Positions 29,819 through 40,231 are shown, numbered from the stretch's first letter. The stretch is 64,000 nucleotides of DNA from Chloroflexota bacterium (GCA_043754535.1 JAYUUN010000090.1:1-64000); one strand, 5' to 3'. Notes: generated by a model from the sequence alone, not told the origin. Numbers and translations: made by a program.

Positions 29819-31879
29819 TTGAAGAAGAATCTTCTTGCTGTGCTTGCCTTCGCCGCTGCGGTGCGGCTACTCTACTTCGTCTTTGTGCTACCCGTAGCCT
29901 GGCGGGGCTTTGTGGTGGACGAGCGCGAATACTTCGGCGGGGCAGTAGTGCTGGCAGGCGGGCGCGGCCTCAGCTTCTGGGATAGCTTCCTTTGGACGCG
30001 CGCCCCTGGCTACCCCCTGTTGCTCGGCAATCTCTTTCGGCTCTTTGGTCACGACGACCTCTGGCCGCCGCGCCTGCTACAGCTTATGCTCAGCCTGGCA
30101 GGGATTGCCACCCTCTACTATATTGCAGAGCGCAGCTTCGGCCCGCGCGTGGCGGTGGTCAGCGGGCTACTGGCAGCGATCTACCTGCCCCTGGTCATCC
30201 TACCCTGGTTCCTGCTGGGCGAAACCATGTTCATCCTCCTCTTTGCCCTGGCCTTGCTACTGCTCACCAACCGCCCAACCTTGCCTTACGGCTGGCTGGT
30301 TGGGGCGGGCTGGCTAATTGGGCTGGCGGCGTTGACCCGCAGCACAGCACTGCTGTTCGTGCCGCTTGCCGCCGCACTCCTCTGGCGGCAAGCAGGTTGG
30401 CGCAAGGCGGCACTGTTCCTTACCATGGTAATCCTAACCCTCGCACCCTGGACGGCGCGCAACTACGTCAGCTACGGCAAGCTGATTGCGGTGGATACTA
30501 CCAGCGGCTACAACCTCTGGCTGGGGGCCAACGGGGTGCGCGATGGCGAGCGGCTGGCGAAAGAACTGGCAGCGGTGCCGGGGCAAGGGGCGCGACAGGA
30601 TTATGCCTATGGCAAGGGGCTGGCTCTGGTTGCCTCCGCTCCCCTTGCCTTCGTTGGTAAGGGGCTGAAGGAGGCTGGTGACTTGTGGGCTGGCAACTTC
30701 AGTGCGGAGGAGCGGCTGATGAAGGGCTACACCCGTGGCTACGTCCCGGCCAGCCACCTGCTCACCAGCCTGCTGCTAGATGATAGCCTCTACCTGCTGC
30801 TGGTGCCACTAGCAATCCTCGGCCTCTGCACGGCAGGCAGCAGTAACCTACGCCCTTACGTGCTAGCCTGGGTCGTCACCAACCTGGCCCTGGCCTTCCT
30901 GTTCTTTGCCGTAACCCGCTTTAGGCTAGCAGTAGTCTTCTTCCTGCTACCCTACGCCGCCTACGCGCTGCTCAACCTCGGCCCAATCCTCCGCTGGCTG
31001 CTGGGGCGTGTCCCTGGCCCACAGGCTGGCCCGTCAGGTGCTGGCCTGCAAAACTGGAAGTCCAGGCTCACTGCGGGCCTGCTAATCGGCGGCTTCCTTG
31101 CTCTCAATCTGCCCAGCTATCCCCTGGCAGAGACTGTGCAGGGGGTAACCCAGTGGGGCTGGCAGCAGCACCTTGCCGTTGGGGACGGCCTGCTAGCCAG
31201 CGAGCCAGCGGCGGCATTGCGGGCCTACCAGCAAGCCGACCCCCGCTTGCCAGAGACGCAGAGCGCGCTAGCTGCCGCCCAACTAGCCCAGGGTGACTAC
31301 ACCGCTGCTGCCGCGACCGCCGCTGCGATCCGGGCCGACTACTGGGGTGGCAATCTCATGCGCGAGGCTGTGGCGCGGGCGCAGCACCCTGAGCCGGGCC
31401 GGGCCTGGAATAGCAGCCTGCGCCCTGCCTATATGGAGCTTGACGACTGGGCCTGGGCGCACTTGCAGCCCGCTCCCACCCGCACTATCGCGCTAGACGA
31501 GAGCGACTATGGCTATAGCAAGGGCTTCGGCCTGAGCGAGCCAGCAGGCGGCTCGCAAGCTGACCGCTTCCGCTGGACAGTTGGCCGCGACAGCTACCTG
31601 CGCTTCCCGCTGAGCGGCAGCCTACCTACTACCCTCACCCTGGTGCTGGACGGTTGGCATCCCCTCGGTGTGCCGACTACGACCGTGCAGGTAATGGTCA
31701 ACGGGCTGCTGCTGGGCAGTCCGACACTGAGCGTCGGTTGGCATAGCTACCGCTTTCGGCTACCCGCTTTGCAGGCTGGTAGCACCCTGCTCGTGCGCCT
31801 GAGCAGCAACACCTTTGTGCCGTCGGGCAGCGACCCACGCTTGCTCGGCTTCAAGCTGCGGCGGGCGGAGCTTGAATAA
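29819..31879 (+). CDS. GT-C (ArnT/PMT-like) membrane glycosyltransferase with C-terminal extracellular domain
   Basis: DEREY, RAPGYP, ETMF, PWTARNY, TRFR; C-terminal FRWT..DPRLLG. Confidence 0.8.
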   Translation: MKKNLLAVLAFAAAVRLLYFVFVLPVAWRGFVVDEREYFGGAVVLAGGRGLSFWDSFLWTRAPGYPLLLGNLFRLFGHDDLWPPRLLQLMLSLAGIATLYYIAERSFGPRVAVVSGLLAAIYLPLVILPWFLLGETMFILLFALALLLLTNRPTLPYGWLVGAGWLIGLAALTRSTALLFVPLAAALLWRQAGWRKAALFLTMVILTLAPWTARNYVSYGKLIAVDTTSGYNLWLGANGVRDGERLAKELAAVPGQGARQDYAYGKGLALVASAPLAFVGKGLKEAGDLWAGNFSAEERLMKGYTRGYVPASHLLTSLLLDDSLYLLLVPLAILGLCTAGSSNLRPYVLAWVVTNLALAFLFFAVTRFRLAVVFFLLPYAAYALLNLGPILRWLLGRVPGPQAGPSGAGLQNWKSRLTAGLLIGGFLALNLPSYPLAETVQGVTQWGWQQHLAVGDGLLASEPAAALRAYQQADPRLPETQSALAAAQLAQGDYTAAAATAAAIRADYWGGNLMREAVARAQHPEPGRAWNSSLRPAYMELDDWAWAHLQPAPTRTIALDESDYGYSKGFGLSEPAGGSQADRFRWTVGRDSYLRFPLSGSLPTTLTLVLDGWHPLGVPTTTVQVMVNGLLLGSPTLSVGWHSYRFRLPALQAGSTLLVRLSSNTFVPSGSDPRLLGFKLRRAELE

Positions 31880-31949
31880 GCCGTCCCTTGCGGGTATACT
31901 TCAGCATCTAAGTCAATTGGCAGCTTGTTTAGCAACTGTGAGGTAGCTT

Positions 31950-33662
31950 GTGCAAACTACTGGTAGCGTCTCCCAAACTGGCGGCTCAAAGGTACTGCGT
32001 GTCCTTAATCGGATGAAAGTAAAGATTGCAGTGCTGATTATCTTTCACGTGGCGATTATCGGTGCGGTTGGCTCGATTGGCTTCGCTCTCGATAACCTCA
32101 ACTATCCTTACCAGCTTGACGAGTCGGAGGGGATGATTGCGGCTGAGGTCAAGTTGCTGGACGAAGGGGTGGCTATCTTCGACCGCCCTGGCCCCCAGCA
32201 GTTTATTGCCGCCCCCTATCCCCCTCTCTACTACCTACTCAACTGGCCGCTGCTCAAGCTGACTGGGGCTGACTACAGCCTGAAGGGTGGGCGGCTAATT
32301 ACCATCTTCTTCAGTTTGCTGGCGGCGGTAGCCCTCTGGCTAATCGTCCACAATCTGACCCGCAACCGCCTGGCTGCCTTCGCCGTCGCCAACCTGTGGC
32401 TGGCTAACGCACTAGTGGCCTTCTGGGGCGGCATCGTCAAGCCCGACGTGCCAGCCCTAGCCCTCGGCTTGCTTGGTCTCTGGCTAGTGCTGCGGGTGAT
32501 TGGGCGGCCAGCGGGGGCGGAGGTTGGCGGGGGCAGCCTGGTTGCGGCTGGTGCCTCGGTTAGCCATGCAAGCTGGCTGCTGCCCGTCCTCTTTTTCTTC
32601 GCGGCCAGCTTCACCAAGCAAACCTCCCTGGCGGCGGCGGCGGCGGGGCTGCTGGGGTTGCTGCTCTGGCGGTGGCGGCGCGGGGCTATGGCGGTCGGCC
32701 TCTACGTTGGGCTGGTGGTAGGCAGCTTTCTGCTGCTCAACTGGCTGACAGCAGGCGGCTACTACTGGCACATCTTCACCGTCCACAACCTGCCCTGGAA
32801 TGCCGCCCACGCAGCCGAAGTCCTCAGCACAGTTGCGGCAGTCAACTGGCCGCTGCCCTTGCTGGCGGTCGCGGGCTTCGCTGTCTACCTGTTGGTTGGC
32901 GACAAGGCCTATCCACACACCACTAAAAAGCGCGTGGATGCGCTATCGATTGAGGAGAGCCGCCAGCCCAGCCTTGCAATCTCCCCCCTCCGCAACCCCA
33001 AACTGCTGGTAGTGCTGGCTTACTTCGTAGTCAGTGCGCTGCAAGCCAGCGGGATTGGTACTCTTGGTGGCAACCACAACCACTTGCTCGACCTCTTGGC
33101 GGCCTGCTGTATCGGCTTCGGCCTGCTAGTAGCCTACTTCGCGGCGCAGTGGGAGCGGGGTGGGCGGCGGGGGACGCTGGTGGGGGTTGGCGGTCTGCTG
33201 CTCGTCGGCGCGCTGACGTGGGTGCTGGTACGGGCCGACTACGACCCCTACGCCAAGTTCGCCAGCCAGTTGCGCCCGCTCAGTGCTGCCCAGCGCGAGG
33301 GAATGCGTAATATCGGCCAGTACGTGACCAACGCCCCTGGTGAGGCCTACTCGACTGATGTTAGTGTACTGCTGGCAGCGGGCAAGTACATCCCTTCTAC
33401 AGACCCTTACACCCAGACGCACGCCAGCCACTACGCTCGTTGGGACGAGAGCGTACTGGTGACCGACCTCAACCGCCGCCGCCGCTACAGTCAGGTTATC
33501 TTGCCGGGTAACGTCGCTGACCCCTGCACTGAGGGGGGCGGGCAGGTGAGCGACGGCATCCGCCTGGCCGTCTGCCAGCACTACCGACTAGAGCAGAAGA
33601 ACGTGCTGAACATCTTCGTGCCAAAGTTAGGGTGCATTATGGCAAAGCCACGTTCGGCCTAG
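31950..33662 (+). CDS. GT-C (ArnT-like) membrane glycosyltransferase
   Basis: YQLDESEG, PYPPLYY, KPD, FTKQT; multiple TMs. Confidence 0.75.
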   Translation: MQTTGSVSQTGGSKVLRVLNRMKVKIAVLIIFHVAIIGAVGSIGFALDNLNYPYQLDESEGMIAAEVKLLDEGVAIFDRPGPQQFIAAPYPPLYYLLNWPLLKLTGADYSLKGGRLITIFFSLLAAVALWLIVHNLTRNRLAAFAVANLWLANALVAFWGGIVKPDVPALALGLLGLWLVLRVIGRPAGAEVGGGSLVAAGASVSHASWLLPVLFFFAASFTKQTSLAAAAAGLLGLLLWRWRRGAMAVGLYVGLVVGSFLLLNWLTAGGYYWHIFTVHNLPWNAAHAAEVLSTVAAVNWPLPLLAVAGFAVYLLVGDKAYPHTTKKRVDALSIEESRQPSLAISPLRNPKLLVVLAYFVVSALQASGIGTLGGNHNHLLDLLAACCIGFGLLVAYFAAQWERGGRRGTLVGVGGLLLVGALTWVLVRADYDPYAKFASQLRPLSAAQREGMRNIGQYVTNAPGEAYSTDVSVLLAAGKYIPSTDPYTQTHASHYARWDESVLVTDLNRRRRYSQVILPGNVADPCTEGGGQVSDGIRLAVCQHYRLEQKNVLNIFVPKLGCIMAKPRSA

Positions 33663-33722
33663 ACCTGACTAGCGCGCCAGCAGGCGAGGCCGCAACAATA
33701 GTAATTAGCAGGAGGTTGGCTA

Positions 33723-34799
33723 ATGGACGAGCGGGCTGCTGTGGCTAATTCGCTAACTGCTGAGCTGCTAGCCGCCCTAGCACCGCTCTCTGTTCACCGC
33801 TATCGCTTTGGCCTGCGGGTGGTGAGCGGCACGCTGCGGCTGGGCGAGTTCAAGGGGTCGGCTCTGCGCGGGACGCTGCTGCGGCGGCTACACTCCCTCT
33901 ACTGCGTCCAGCCATTTGTGCGCAGGCCGCTGGCTTGTTTGCCATGTCAGCAGGCGGCGCGTTGCCCAATTGCGTTCCTGGTGGATACGTCGGCGGATGT
34001 GCTGGCGGTGAGTGGGGCGCGAGGGGATGAGCTGCCGCGCCCTTATGCAATTGAGCCACCGCTGGACGGGCGGCTAACCTATGAGGCGGGGGCGTTGTTT
34101 GAGTTTGGGGTGACATTGTTCGGGCGGGCTAATTTGCTGCTGCCCTATCTGGTCGGAGCGGTCAACGACTTTGCTGACCGGCTGGGGATGGGCCATGAGG
34201 GGGAGCGCGGGCTGCTGGTGCTTGAGACGGTGTGGGCCGAGCAGCCGCTTAGTCGGCAGCGGCTGGCGGTTTGGGGGGCTGAGTCGTCGGCAGTGGCTGG
34301 TGTAGAGAGGGGGCAGCTTGCTGGGCTGCAAGCGGGGATGAGCGTGGCGGCAATGATGGCGGGCTTGCCAGAGCGAGCAGAGCGGGTGACGCTGCTGTTC
34401 CGCACGCCGTTGACCCTGAAGGCGGGTGGGCGGGTCTGGCGCGAACCGCCACCGTTCGCCCTGCTGCTGCAACGGCTGCTGGAGCGGGTAGCGGGGTTGC
34501 TCCATGTGCTGGGGGACAGGCCGCTGGCTTTGCCATTCGCGGACGTGCTGGCAGCGGCAGCGGCGGTTCGCTTGCTGACCCCGGCAGATGACCCACTGCC
34601 TGCGCGCTGGCAAGATGTGGAGCGGTATTCGTCTACCCACCAGCAGCGGTTGGCGATTGGTGGGCTGATTGGGCATCTGCATTATGCGGGGGAGCTTGGC
34701 CCGCTGCTACCCTGGCTAGCTTTGGGCCAGTGGCTGCACGTGGGCAAGGCGGCAGTGCAGGGCAACGGTAGCTATCGGCTGGCAGCGGTCGCGTTATAA
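33723..34799 (+). CDS. cas6: CRISPR-associated endoribonuclease Cas6 (RAMP), stand-alone
   Basis: FKGSALRG, CxxCxxxxxCP, PRPY, FRTPLTL, RYS..GGLIG, C-terminal G-loop HVGKAAVQGNG. Confidence 0.88.
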   Translation: MDERAAVANSLTAELLAALAPLSVHRYRFGLRVVSGTLRLGEFKGSALRGTLLRRLHSLYCVQPFVRRPLACLPCQQAARCPIAFLVDTSADVLAVSGARGDELPRPYAIEPPLDGRLTYEAGALFEFGVTLFGRANLLLPYLVGAVNDFADRLGMGHEGERGLLVLETVWAEQPLSRQRLAVWGAESSAVAGVERGQLAGLQAGMSVAAMMAGLPERAERVTLLFRTPLTLKAGGRVWREPPPFALLLQRLLERVAGLLHVLGDRPLALPFADVLAAAAAVRLLTPADDPLPARWQDVERYSSTHQQRLAIGGLIGHLHYAGELGPLLPWLALGQWLHVGKAAVQGNGSYRLAAVAL

Positions 34800-34945
34800 G
34801 TTTGATAAAGCAAGCTGCAACACCAGGGCTAGCGGTTAATGTTGCTCATCGCCCAGGAAGAACTCGATGCTGACCAGTAGTGGCACTAGCCGCACGTTGC
34901 GCTGCGGGCTGGTCGCTGGCGGTTCACCACTAACCTCTGCCTGCT

Positions 34946-35500
34946 CTACTTAATCACGCGGAAGCGCAGTTGCGTCCTGGCTAGCACTTCATTGAGGAGG
35001 GTTTTCTCCAACTTGATCTCTTGTTCCTCTAGATGCTCAAACAGCCGCAAGCCCTGGCCTAGCAGCAGCGGCACGGTGTCGATATGCAACTCGTCCACCA
35101 GCCCTGTCTTCAGTAGCTGTTGGACTACGCTTGGCCCGCCAACTACCACCACATCCTTGCCGTTCGCAGCCTCTTGTGCCTGCTGGATGGCACTCTCGAT
35201 GCCCTCGGTGACAAAGCTGAAGTGTAGTTTATCATTCTCACCCTTCGCCGCGTTTTTCGGCGGATCATGCGTGATAACGAAAATTGGAACCTGGAACTCA
35301 TAGCCAGTGTAATTGCCGTTCCCCATCTCATAGGCACGCCTACCCATCACAACCACGCCCGTGTCGTGTATCGCTTCCAGTAGCGACGGCGTTTCCTGCA
35401 TCTCCGCTAGATCGGCGTAGAGACTACCAACATCACCGTTACGGTCATTCACGAAACCGTCAAGTGATAGCGTCATGCCTACGATCACCTTGCTGTTCAT
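34946..35500 (-). CDS. Dihydrofolate reductase-like (RibD C-terminal) protein
   Basis: SLDGFV, MGRRAY, GGPSVVQQ, VDEL..PLLLGQGLRLF; RBS ggagg. Confidence 0.88.
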   Translation of the reverse strand: MNSKVIVGMTLSLDGFVNDRNGDVGSLYADLAEMQETPSLLEAIHDTGVVVMGRRAYEMGNGNYTGYEFQVPIFVITHDPPKNAAKGENDKLHFSFVTEGIESAIQQAQEAANGKDVVVVGGPSVVQQLLKTGLVDELHIDTVPLLLGQGLRLFEHLEEQEIKLEKTLLNEVLARTQLRFRVIK

Positions 35501-35745
35501 GGAACCTCCTATGCTACACAACAGAGCGGGTGCAAAATGATATGGGACACCAAACAGGTCAATCGTGGAAGAGAGTAGCAACCCCTCTGTTCTGTTTATG
35601 ATACAGCATTTGCCGCATTCTGTCACGCCGAGCCTGACTGCCTTGTTGGGCTTGCAGCAGAGCTTCTGACCTCAGAGCAGCAGCGTTGACGGCAGCCCGA
35701 ACTGCTGCTATCATTAGCCGACACAAATTATTGGAGGAGAGTAGC

Positions 35746-37335
35746 TTGAACGGTGACTTGATCTTGAGCAACACCAGCTTCTTCGCAGGGGAGCGGGTCG
35801 CTAGCCAACTGGCGATCCTTGCTGGCCGCATCATCTATGTGGGCAATGACCGCGCTGCTGCTCGTGCTGCTGCCCCCGGCGCGACCGAACTCGACCTCGG
35901 CGGGCGGCGGGCAATCCCCGGCCTGATCGACAGCCACATCCACTTCCTCTGGGCCAGCCAGAGTTTGCTCGAACTGAACCTTGACGGCCTGGAGAGTAAG
36001 GCCGCCGCCCTTGCCCTGGTGCGGGCTAAAGCCGCAGAGACTCCAGCTGGGCAGTGGATTCGTGGTCACGGTTGGAACCACCACGTCTGGGGAGGGGTGC
36101 TGCCCAGCCGCTACGACCTCGACGAAGCGGCCCCGAACAATCCAGTGCTGCTAACTCGCAAGGACGGCCACAGTCATTGGGCCAGTTCTGCCGTGCTGCT
36201 GGCGGCGGGCATTACGTGGGAGACAGCCGACCCATTGGGCGGTCTCATCCTGCGCGACGAAGCTGGAGAACCAACCGGCATCCTGCAAGAGAACACGGCA
36301 CAACGTCTGGCCTACGCCGTCGCCCCCGACCTGGGCAACGAGCAGGCGACGGTCGCCCTGCGCCTGGGTATGGTCGAAGCGAATCGCCGCGGGCTGACCA
36401 GCATCCACAACATTGAGGGCGGCCAGGCCCGGCGGATGATGCAAGCTCTGCACGAAGCGGGCGAGCTGAGCCTGCGCGTTTACAGCCTGCTCAACAAGAA
36501 CGAGTTGGAAGCCGCCCTTGACCTCGGCCTGCGGACGGGCCTGGGCGACGATTGGTTTCGCCTCGGCCACCTCAAACTCTTTGCCGACGGCAGCCTAGGC
36601 TCGCTAACCGCCGATATGCTCGCTCCCTATGCCAGCGACTCGCAGCGGCAAGGGGTAGAAGTGATGACCAGTGCAGAGCTTGAGGATTACACCTTGCGCG
36701 CGGCAGCAGGCGGTATCGCGGTCGCCACCCACGCCATTGGTGACCGGGCTGTACGCCGCGCCCTCGACGTGTTCGCCATCGCCAGGGCGCAGGAGGGTCA
36801 CACTAACCACCAACTACGCCACCGCATCGAACACGCACAGATGATTGACCCCGCCGACCAACCCCGCTTTCGCACTCTCAACGTGATAGCTTCGATGCAG
36901 CCGATCCACGCCACCTCCGACCACCTTGTAGCCGACCTGCATCTGGGGGTAGAGCGGGCGGACGCAGAAGCCTATCAATTCCGCCGCCTGCTCGACCTCG
37001 GCACCCGGCTGGCCTTTGGCTCCGATTGCCCTGTGGAGACGCTCGACCCGCTGCTCGGCCTGCACGCCGCTGCTACCCGCCAGCGGGCCGACGGTACGCC
37101 CGTGGGTGGCTGGCACTCAACGCAGAGGCTGACCATCGCCGAAGCCATCCATGCCTACACCCTCGGCGCAGCCTATGCCAGTGGTGAGGAAGCAAGTAAG
37201 GGCAGCCTGGAAGTGGGTAAACTAGGTGACGTAGTGGTGCTAGACCGCGACATCTACGCGATCCCAGCAGAGGAGATCAAGGATGTGCAGGTGCTTTACA
37301 CCATCGTCGGTGGCGAGGTGAAGTACGCTGGCTAG
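35746..37335 (+). CDS. Amidohydrolase (YtcJ/Amidohydro_3-like)
   Basis: PGLIDSHIH, KLFADGSLG, HAIGD, RIEHAQ, GSDCP. Confidence 0.9.
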   Translation: MNGDLILSNTSFFAGERVASQLAILAGRIIYVGNDRAAARAAAPGATELDLGGRRAIPGLIDSHIHFLWASQSLLELNLDGLESKAAALALVRAKAAETPAGQWIRGHGWNHHVWGGVLPSRYDLDEAAPNNPVLLTRKDGHSHWASSAVLLAAGITWETADPLGGLILRDEAGEPTGILQENTAQRLAYAVAPDLGNEQATVALRLGMVEANRRGLTSIHNIEGGQARRMMQALHEAGELSLRVYSLLNKNELEAALDLGLRTGLGDDWFRLGHLKLFADGSLGSLTADMLAPYASDSQRQGVEVMTSAELEDYTLRAAAGGIAVATHAIGDRAVRRALDVFAIARAQEGHTNHQLRHRIEHAQMIDPADQPRFRTLNVIASMQPIHATSDHLVADLHLGVERADAEAYQFRRLLDLGTRLAFGSDCPVETLDPLLGLHAAATRQRADGTPVGGWHSTQRLTIAEAIHAYTLGAAYASGEEASKGSLEVGKLGDVVVLDRDIYAIPAEEIKDVQVLYTIVGGEVKYAG

Positions 37336-37347
37336 CCAGCAGCTCGC

Positions 37348-37377
37348 TTGACAGCAGTCCGCTACTTGTGCTAAAAT
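37348..37377 (+). promoter_or_regulatory. Sigma70 promoter for the thr leader
   Basis: TTGACA, 18 bp, TGcTAAAAT. Confidence 0.7.
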
Positions 37378-37424
37378 GATAGCACATTAGCTTTGACCGA
37401 CAACCGAATGCCGCCGCGTTCGTA

Positions 37425-37675
37425 CCTGGGCATGAAGGGCGCGCCCGTCCATAACAGAGAGATTAGGCCACCGACTGAGAGCCTGACCGATGCGACTCGT
37501 GCCGAATAACCACCTGGGGAGCAGCAGCCGCCTGACCAGCGTATAACAAGTCGTAGAGTGCCTGGCGCACAGCCACCAGCCGCCCCAACGGGCAGCAGGG
37601 GGTTGGCAAAGGGAGTCGAAGTGGAACCGCGTGCCGTTTGGCCGCCTTCGAGCAGCAATCGAAGGCGGCTTTTTG
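37425..37675 (+). ncRNA. T-box riboswitch (Thr specifier)
   Basis: AGAGA and CTGAGAGCC stem I motifs, GAATA-ACC specifier (~37509), T-box AGTCGAAGTGGAACCGCG (~37614-37631), terminator 37641-37674 with U5. Confidence 0.9.
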
Positions 37676-37729
37676 CCGTCCACTTTCCTCCGCTTGCGGG
37701 GCAGGGTGGCCGGGTTAAGGAGGGTTGTG

Positions 37730-38743
37730 ATGAAGAAGGGTCTTGAACTGGCCTACGCAGTGGGCGACGTGAGCCAGTATTCGCCGCCCAGCACAGCACG
37801 GCTGGGGCTGCGTCCACCAGTAAAGGCTGTAACCGTAACCGTGCCAGCGACCAGCGCAAACCTGGGGGCAGGCTTCGATGTGTTTGGGCTGGCTCTGCGC
37901 CTCTACAATACCTTCAACGTCAGCGAGACCGCTGGGGCTGGTGGCATTACGATCAACGGGGCGGCCAGGTCAGAGGGGATCAGCACTGGTGCCGACAACC
38001 TCTTTTACCGTAGCTTCGCAGCCCTCTGCGTGCGGGCTGGGCGCAGCGTGCCAACCGTCAACATCCACATGAACATAGAGATACCCCCCGGTCGTGGCCT
38101 GGGCAGCAGCGCGACTGCGGTCGTCGGCGGCCTGCTGGCGGCCAACCGCTGGCTGGGCGAACCCTTTAGCCGCGAAGACCTGCTGCCCACCGCCATCGAG
38201 TTTGAGGCTGGCAACCACCCCGATAATGTCGCCCCAGCCCTGCTCGGTGGCCTGGTCGTCTGTGCGGGCAGCAAGGAGCAACCCCAAGCGATCAAGGTTC
38301 CCTTCCCTAGCGACCTCAAGGCCGTCCTGTTCATCCCTACCTTCGAGATGGACACCGTGCGTGGCCGCGGGTTGATGCCCGGCCAGTATGCCACCGGTGA
38401 TGTGGTGTTCAGCACTGGGCGGGTCGCCCTCTTTCTGGCAGCATTGCAGAGCCGCGACTATAGCCGCTTGCAGACTGCCATGCAGGACAGATTGCACCAA
38501 CCCTACCGCACTGCGCTCTTTCCTGCCATGCCCGACATTATTGCAGCAGCGTTGGCGGCTGGTGCTGTTGGTGCTTCGCTCTCTGGTGGTGGCAGCACGA
38601 TCCTCGCCCTCGCCAACCGACGGCACGACGTGATCGCCAGCTCAATGAGTAAAGCAGCAGCCGAGAGCAGGGTGGAGGGCAGCAGCCGCATCCTCAACAT
38701 CGCGGTTGGTGGCGCGAAGGTGATCGCCGAACGAGCAGCTTGA
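37730..38743 (+). CDS. thrB: Homoserine kinase
   Basis: VPATSANLGAGFD, PPGRGLGSSA, HPDNVAP, DRLHQPYR, LSGGG. Confidence 0.95.
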   Translation: MKKGLELAYAVGDVSQYSPPSTARLGLRPPVKAVTVTVPATSANLGAGFDVFGLALRLYNTFNVSETAGAGGITINGAARSEGISTGADNLFYRSFAALCVRAGRSVPTVNIHMNIEIPPGRGLGSSATAVVGGLLAANRWLGEPFSREDLLPTAIEFEAGNHPDNVAPALLGGLVVCAGSKEQPQAIKVPFPSDLKAVLFIPTFEMDTVRGRGLMPGQYATGDVVFSTGRVALFLAALQSRDYSRLQTAMQDRLHQPYRTALFPAMPDIIAAALAAGAVGASLSGGGSTILALANRRHDVIASSMSKAAAESRVEGSSRILNIAVGGAKVIAERAA

Positions 38744-38774
38744 TTGCAGCTAGCAAGTAGACAGGAGAAGAATC

Positions 38775-40112
38775 ATGAAGGCTATGGAGCATAGAGGGCA
38801 GGAACAGGCAGCCGCCGAGCCGCAAGCTGCGAACTATAAGCTACAGTGTGTAGCCTGTGCCACCTCCTACCCGGCAGGCGAGTTGCGCTACCGTTGCGTG
38901 TGCGGCGAAGTGCTGGAGGTCGCCTACCCGCAACTGCCTGCGCTAACCGCCGCCGAGGTGGATGCGCGCTGGGCTAGCCGCAGCTTCCCCTACCAGAGCG
39001 GGGTTTGGCGATACCGAGAACTGGTACTGCCAGTCGCCAACGCGCACATCATCAGCAAGCCAGAGGGCAATACCAACCTCTACAGCGTAGGCAGCGACGA
39101 GCGTAGTGGCGAACGGAGGGTAGGAGAGTTCGCCGACATTGCGCAGTTGTGGCTCAAGCACGAGGGGGAGAACCCGACTGGCAGCTTCAAGGATCGCGGC
39201 ATGACTGCGGGTGTGTCGCAGGCGGTGGCGATTGGCGCAAGGGCAGTGGCCTGCGCTTCCACCGGCAACACCTCAGCCAGCCTCGCCAGTTATGCGGCCA
39301 AAGCCGGGCTGCGCTGCTTCGTCTTCATCCCCGCTGGCAAGACCGCGTTTGGCAAGCTAGCCCAGGCTCTAGCCTACGGTGCGGTGACGATGCAGGTGGC
39401 GGGCGACTTCGATGCGGCAATGAGCCTGGTGCAGCAGGTAGCAAACGAGCTTGGGGTCTACCTGCTCAATTCGATCAACCCCTTCCGCATCGAGGGGCAG
39501 AAGACTATCGCCTACGAACTGATGCAGCAGCTTGGCTGGCAGGTACCAGACTGGATCGTGCTACCAGCCGGCAACCTGGGCAACACGGCGGCGGTGGGCA
39601 AGGCTTGCCGCGATATGTTGCAGCTTGGCTGGATCGACCGCCTACCGCGCATTGCCGCAATCCAGGCTGCTGGGGCTGCCCCCTTCTACGCCAGCTACCA
39701 GACCGCTTTCGCCGAGCGGCACACGGTCAGCGCAAAGACGCTGGCGACGGCAATTCAGATTGGCAACCCGGTCAGCTACCTGCGCGCCCGCAAAGTAATC
39801 CGCAGCCACAACGGGGTGGTCGCCAGCGTCAGCGACGAAGCGATCATGCAGGCGAAGGCGGTGGTGGACGCAGCGGGCATCGGCTGCGAACCAGCCTCCG
39901 CCGCTAGCGTAGCTGGGGCGCGCCTGTTGCGCCAGCAAGGGGTGATCGGCGCAAACGAGCGGGTTGCCTGTATCCTCACCGGCCACCTGCTCAAGGACGC
40001 AGAGGCAGTGATCAACTACCATCTTGAGGGCGACAACCCAGGCGCAAACCGCCCGCTGCCAGTTGAAGCAAGCATGGCGGCGGTGGCTGGGACAATCAGC
40101 CGCTATCTCTAG
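38775..40112 (+). CDS. thrC: Threonine synthase
   Basis: NPTGSFKDRG, CASTGNTS, NSINPFR, PAGNLGN, EPASA. Confidence 0.95.
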   Translation: MKAMEHRGQEQAAAEPQAANYKLQCVACATSYPAGELRYRCVCGEVLEVAYPQLPALTAAEVDARWASRSFPYQSGVWRYRELVLPVANAHIISKPEGNTNLYSVGSDERSGERRVGEFADIAQLWLKHEGENPTGSFKDRGMTAGVSQAVAIGARAVACASTGNTSASLASYAAKAGLRCFVFIPAGKTAFGKLAQALAYGAVTMQVAGDFDAAMSLVQQVANELGVYLLNSINPFRIEGQKTIAYELMQQLGWQVPDWIVLPAGNLGNTAAVGKACRDMLQLGWIDRLPRIAAIQAAGAAPFYASYQTAFAERHTVSAKTLATAIQIGNPVSYLRARKVIRSHNGVVASVSDEAIMQAKAVVDAAGIGCEPASAASVAGARLLRQQGVIGANERVACILTGHLLKDAEAVINYHLEGDNPGANRPLPVEASMAAVAGTISRYL

Positions 40113-40231
40113 CCCTTTGCTGAAACAAACCCGCCCCTTATCTTCTCACATAACTATAGCGATCCAGCTTTCCCATTCGGTGTACAATGGGGGTAACAAG
40201 ATGATTAGCTAACGAAGCAAAGGAGGGCTTG

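Noticed and set aside
34835..34945. Short minus-strand coding-like tail (..RLVPLLVSIEFFLGDEQH) after the DHFR-like gene
   Set aside because: No convincing start or recognisable family; cannot be supported.
33660..34950. CRISPR array or other cas genes beside cas6
   Set aside because: No repeats in either flank; neighbours are a glycosyltransferase and a DHFR-like gene.
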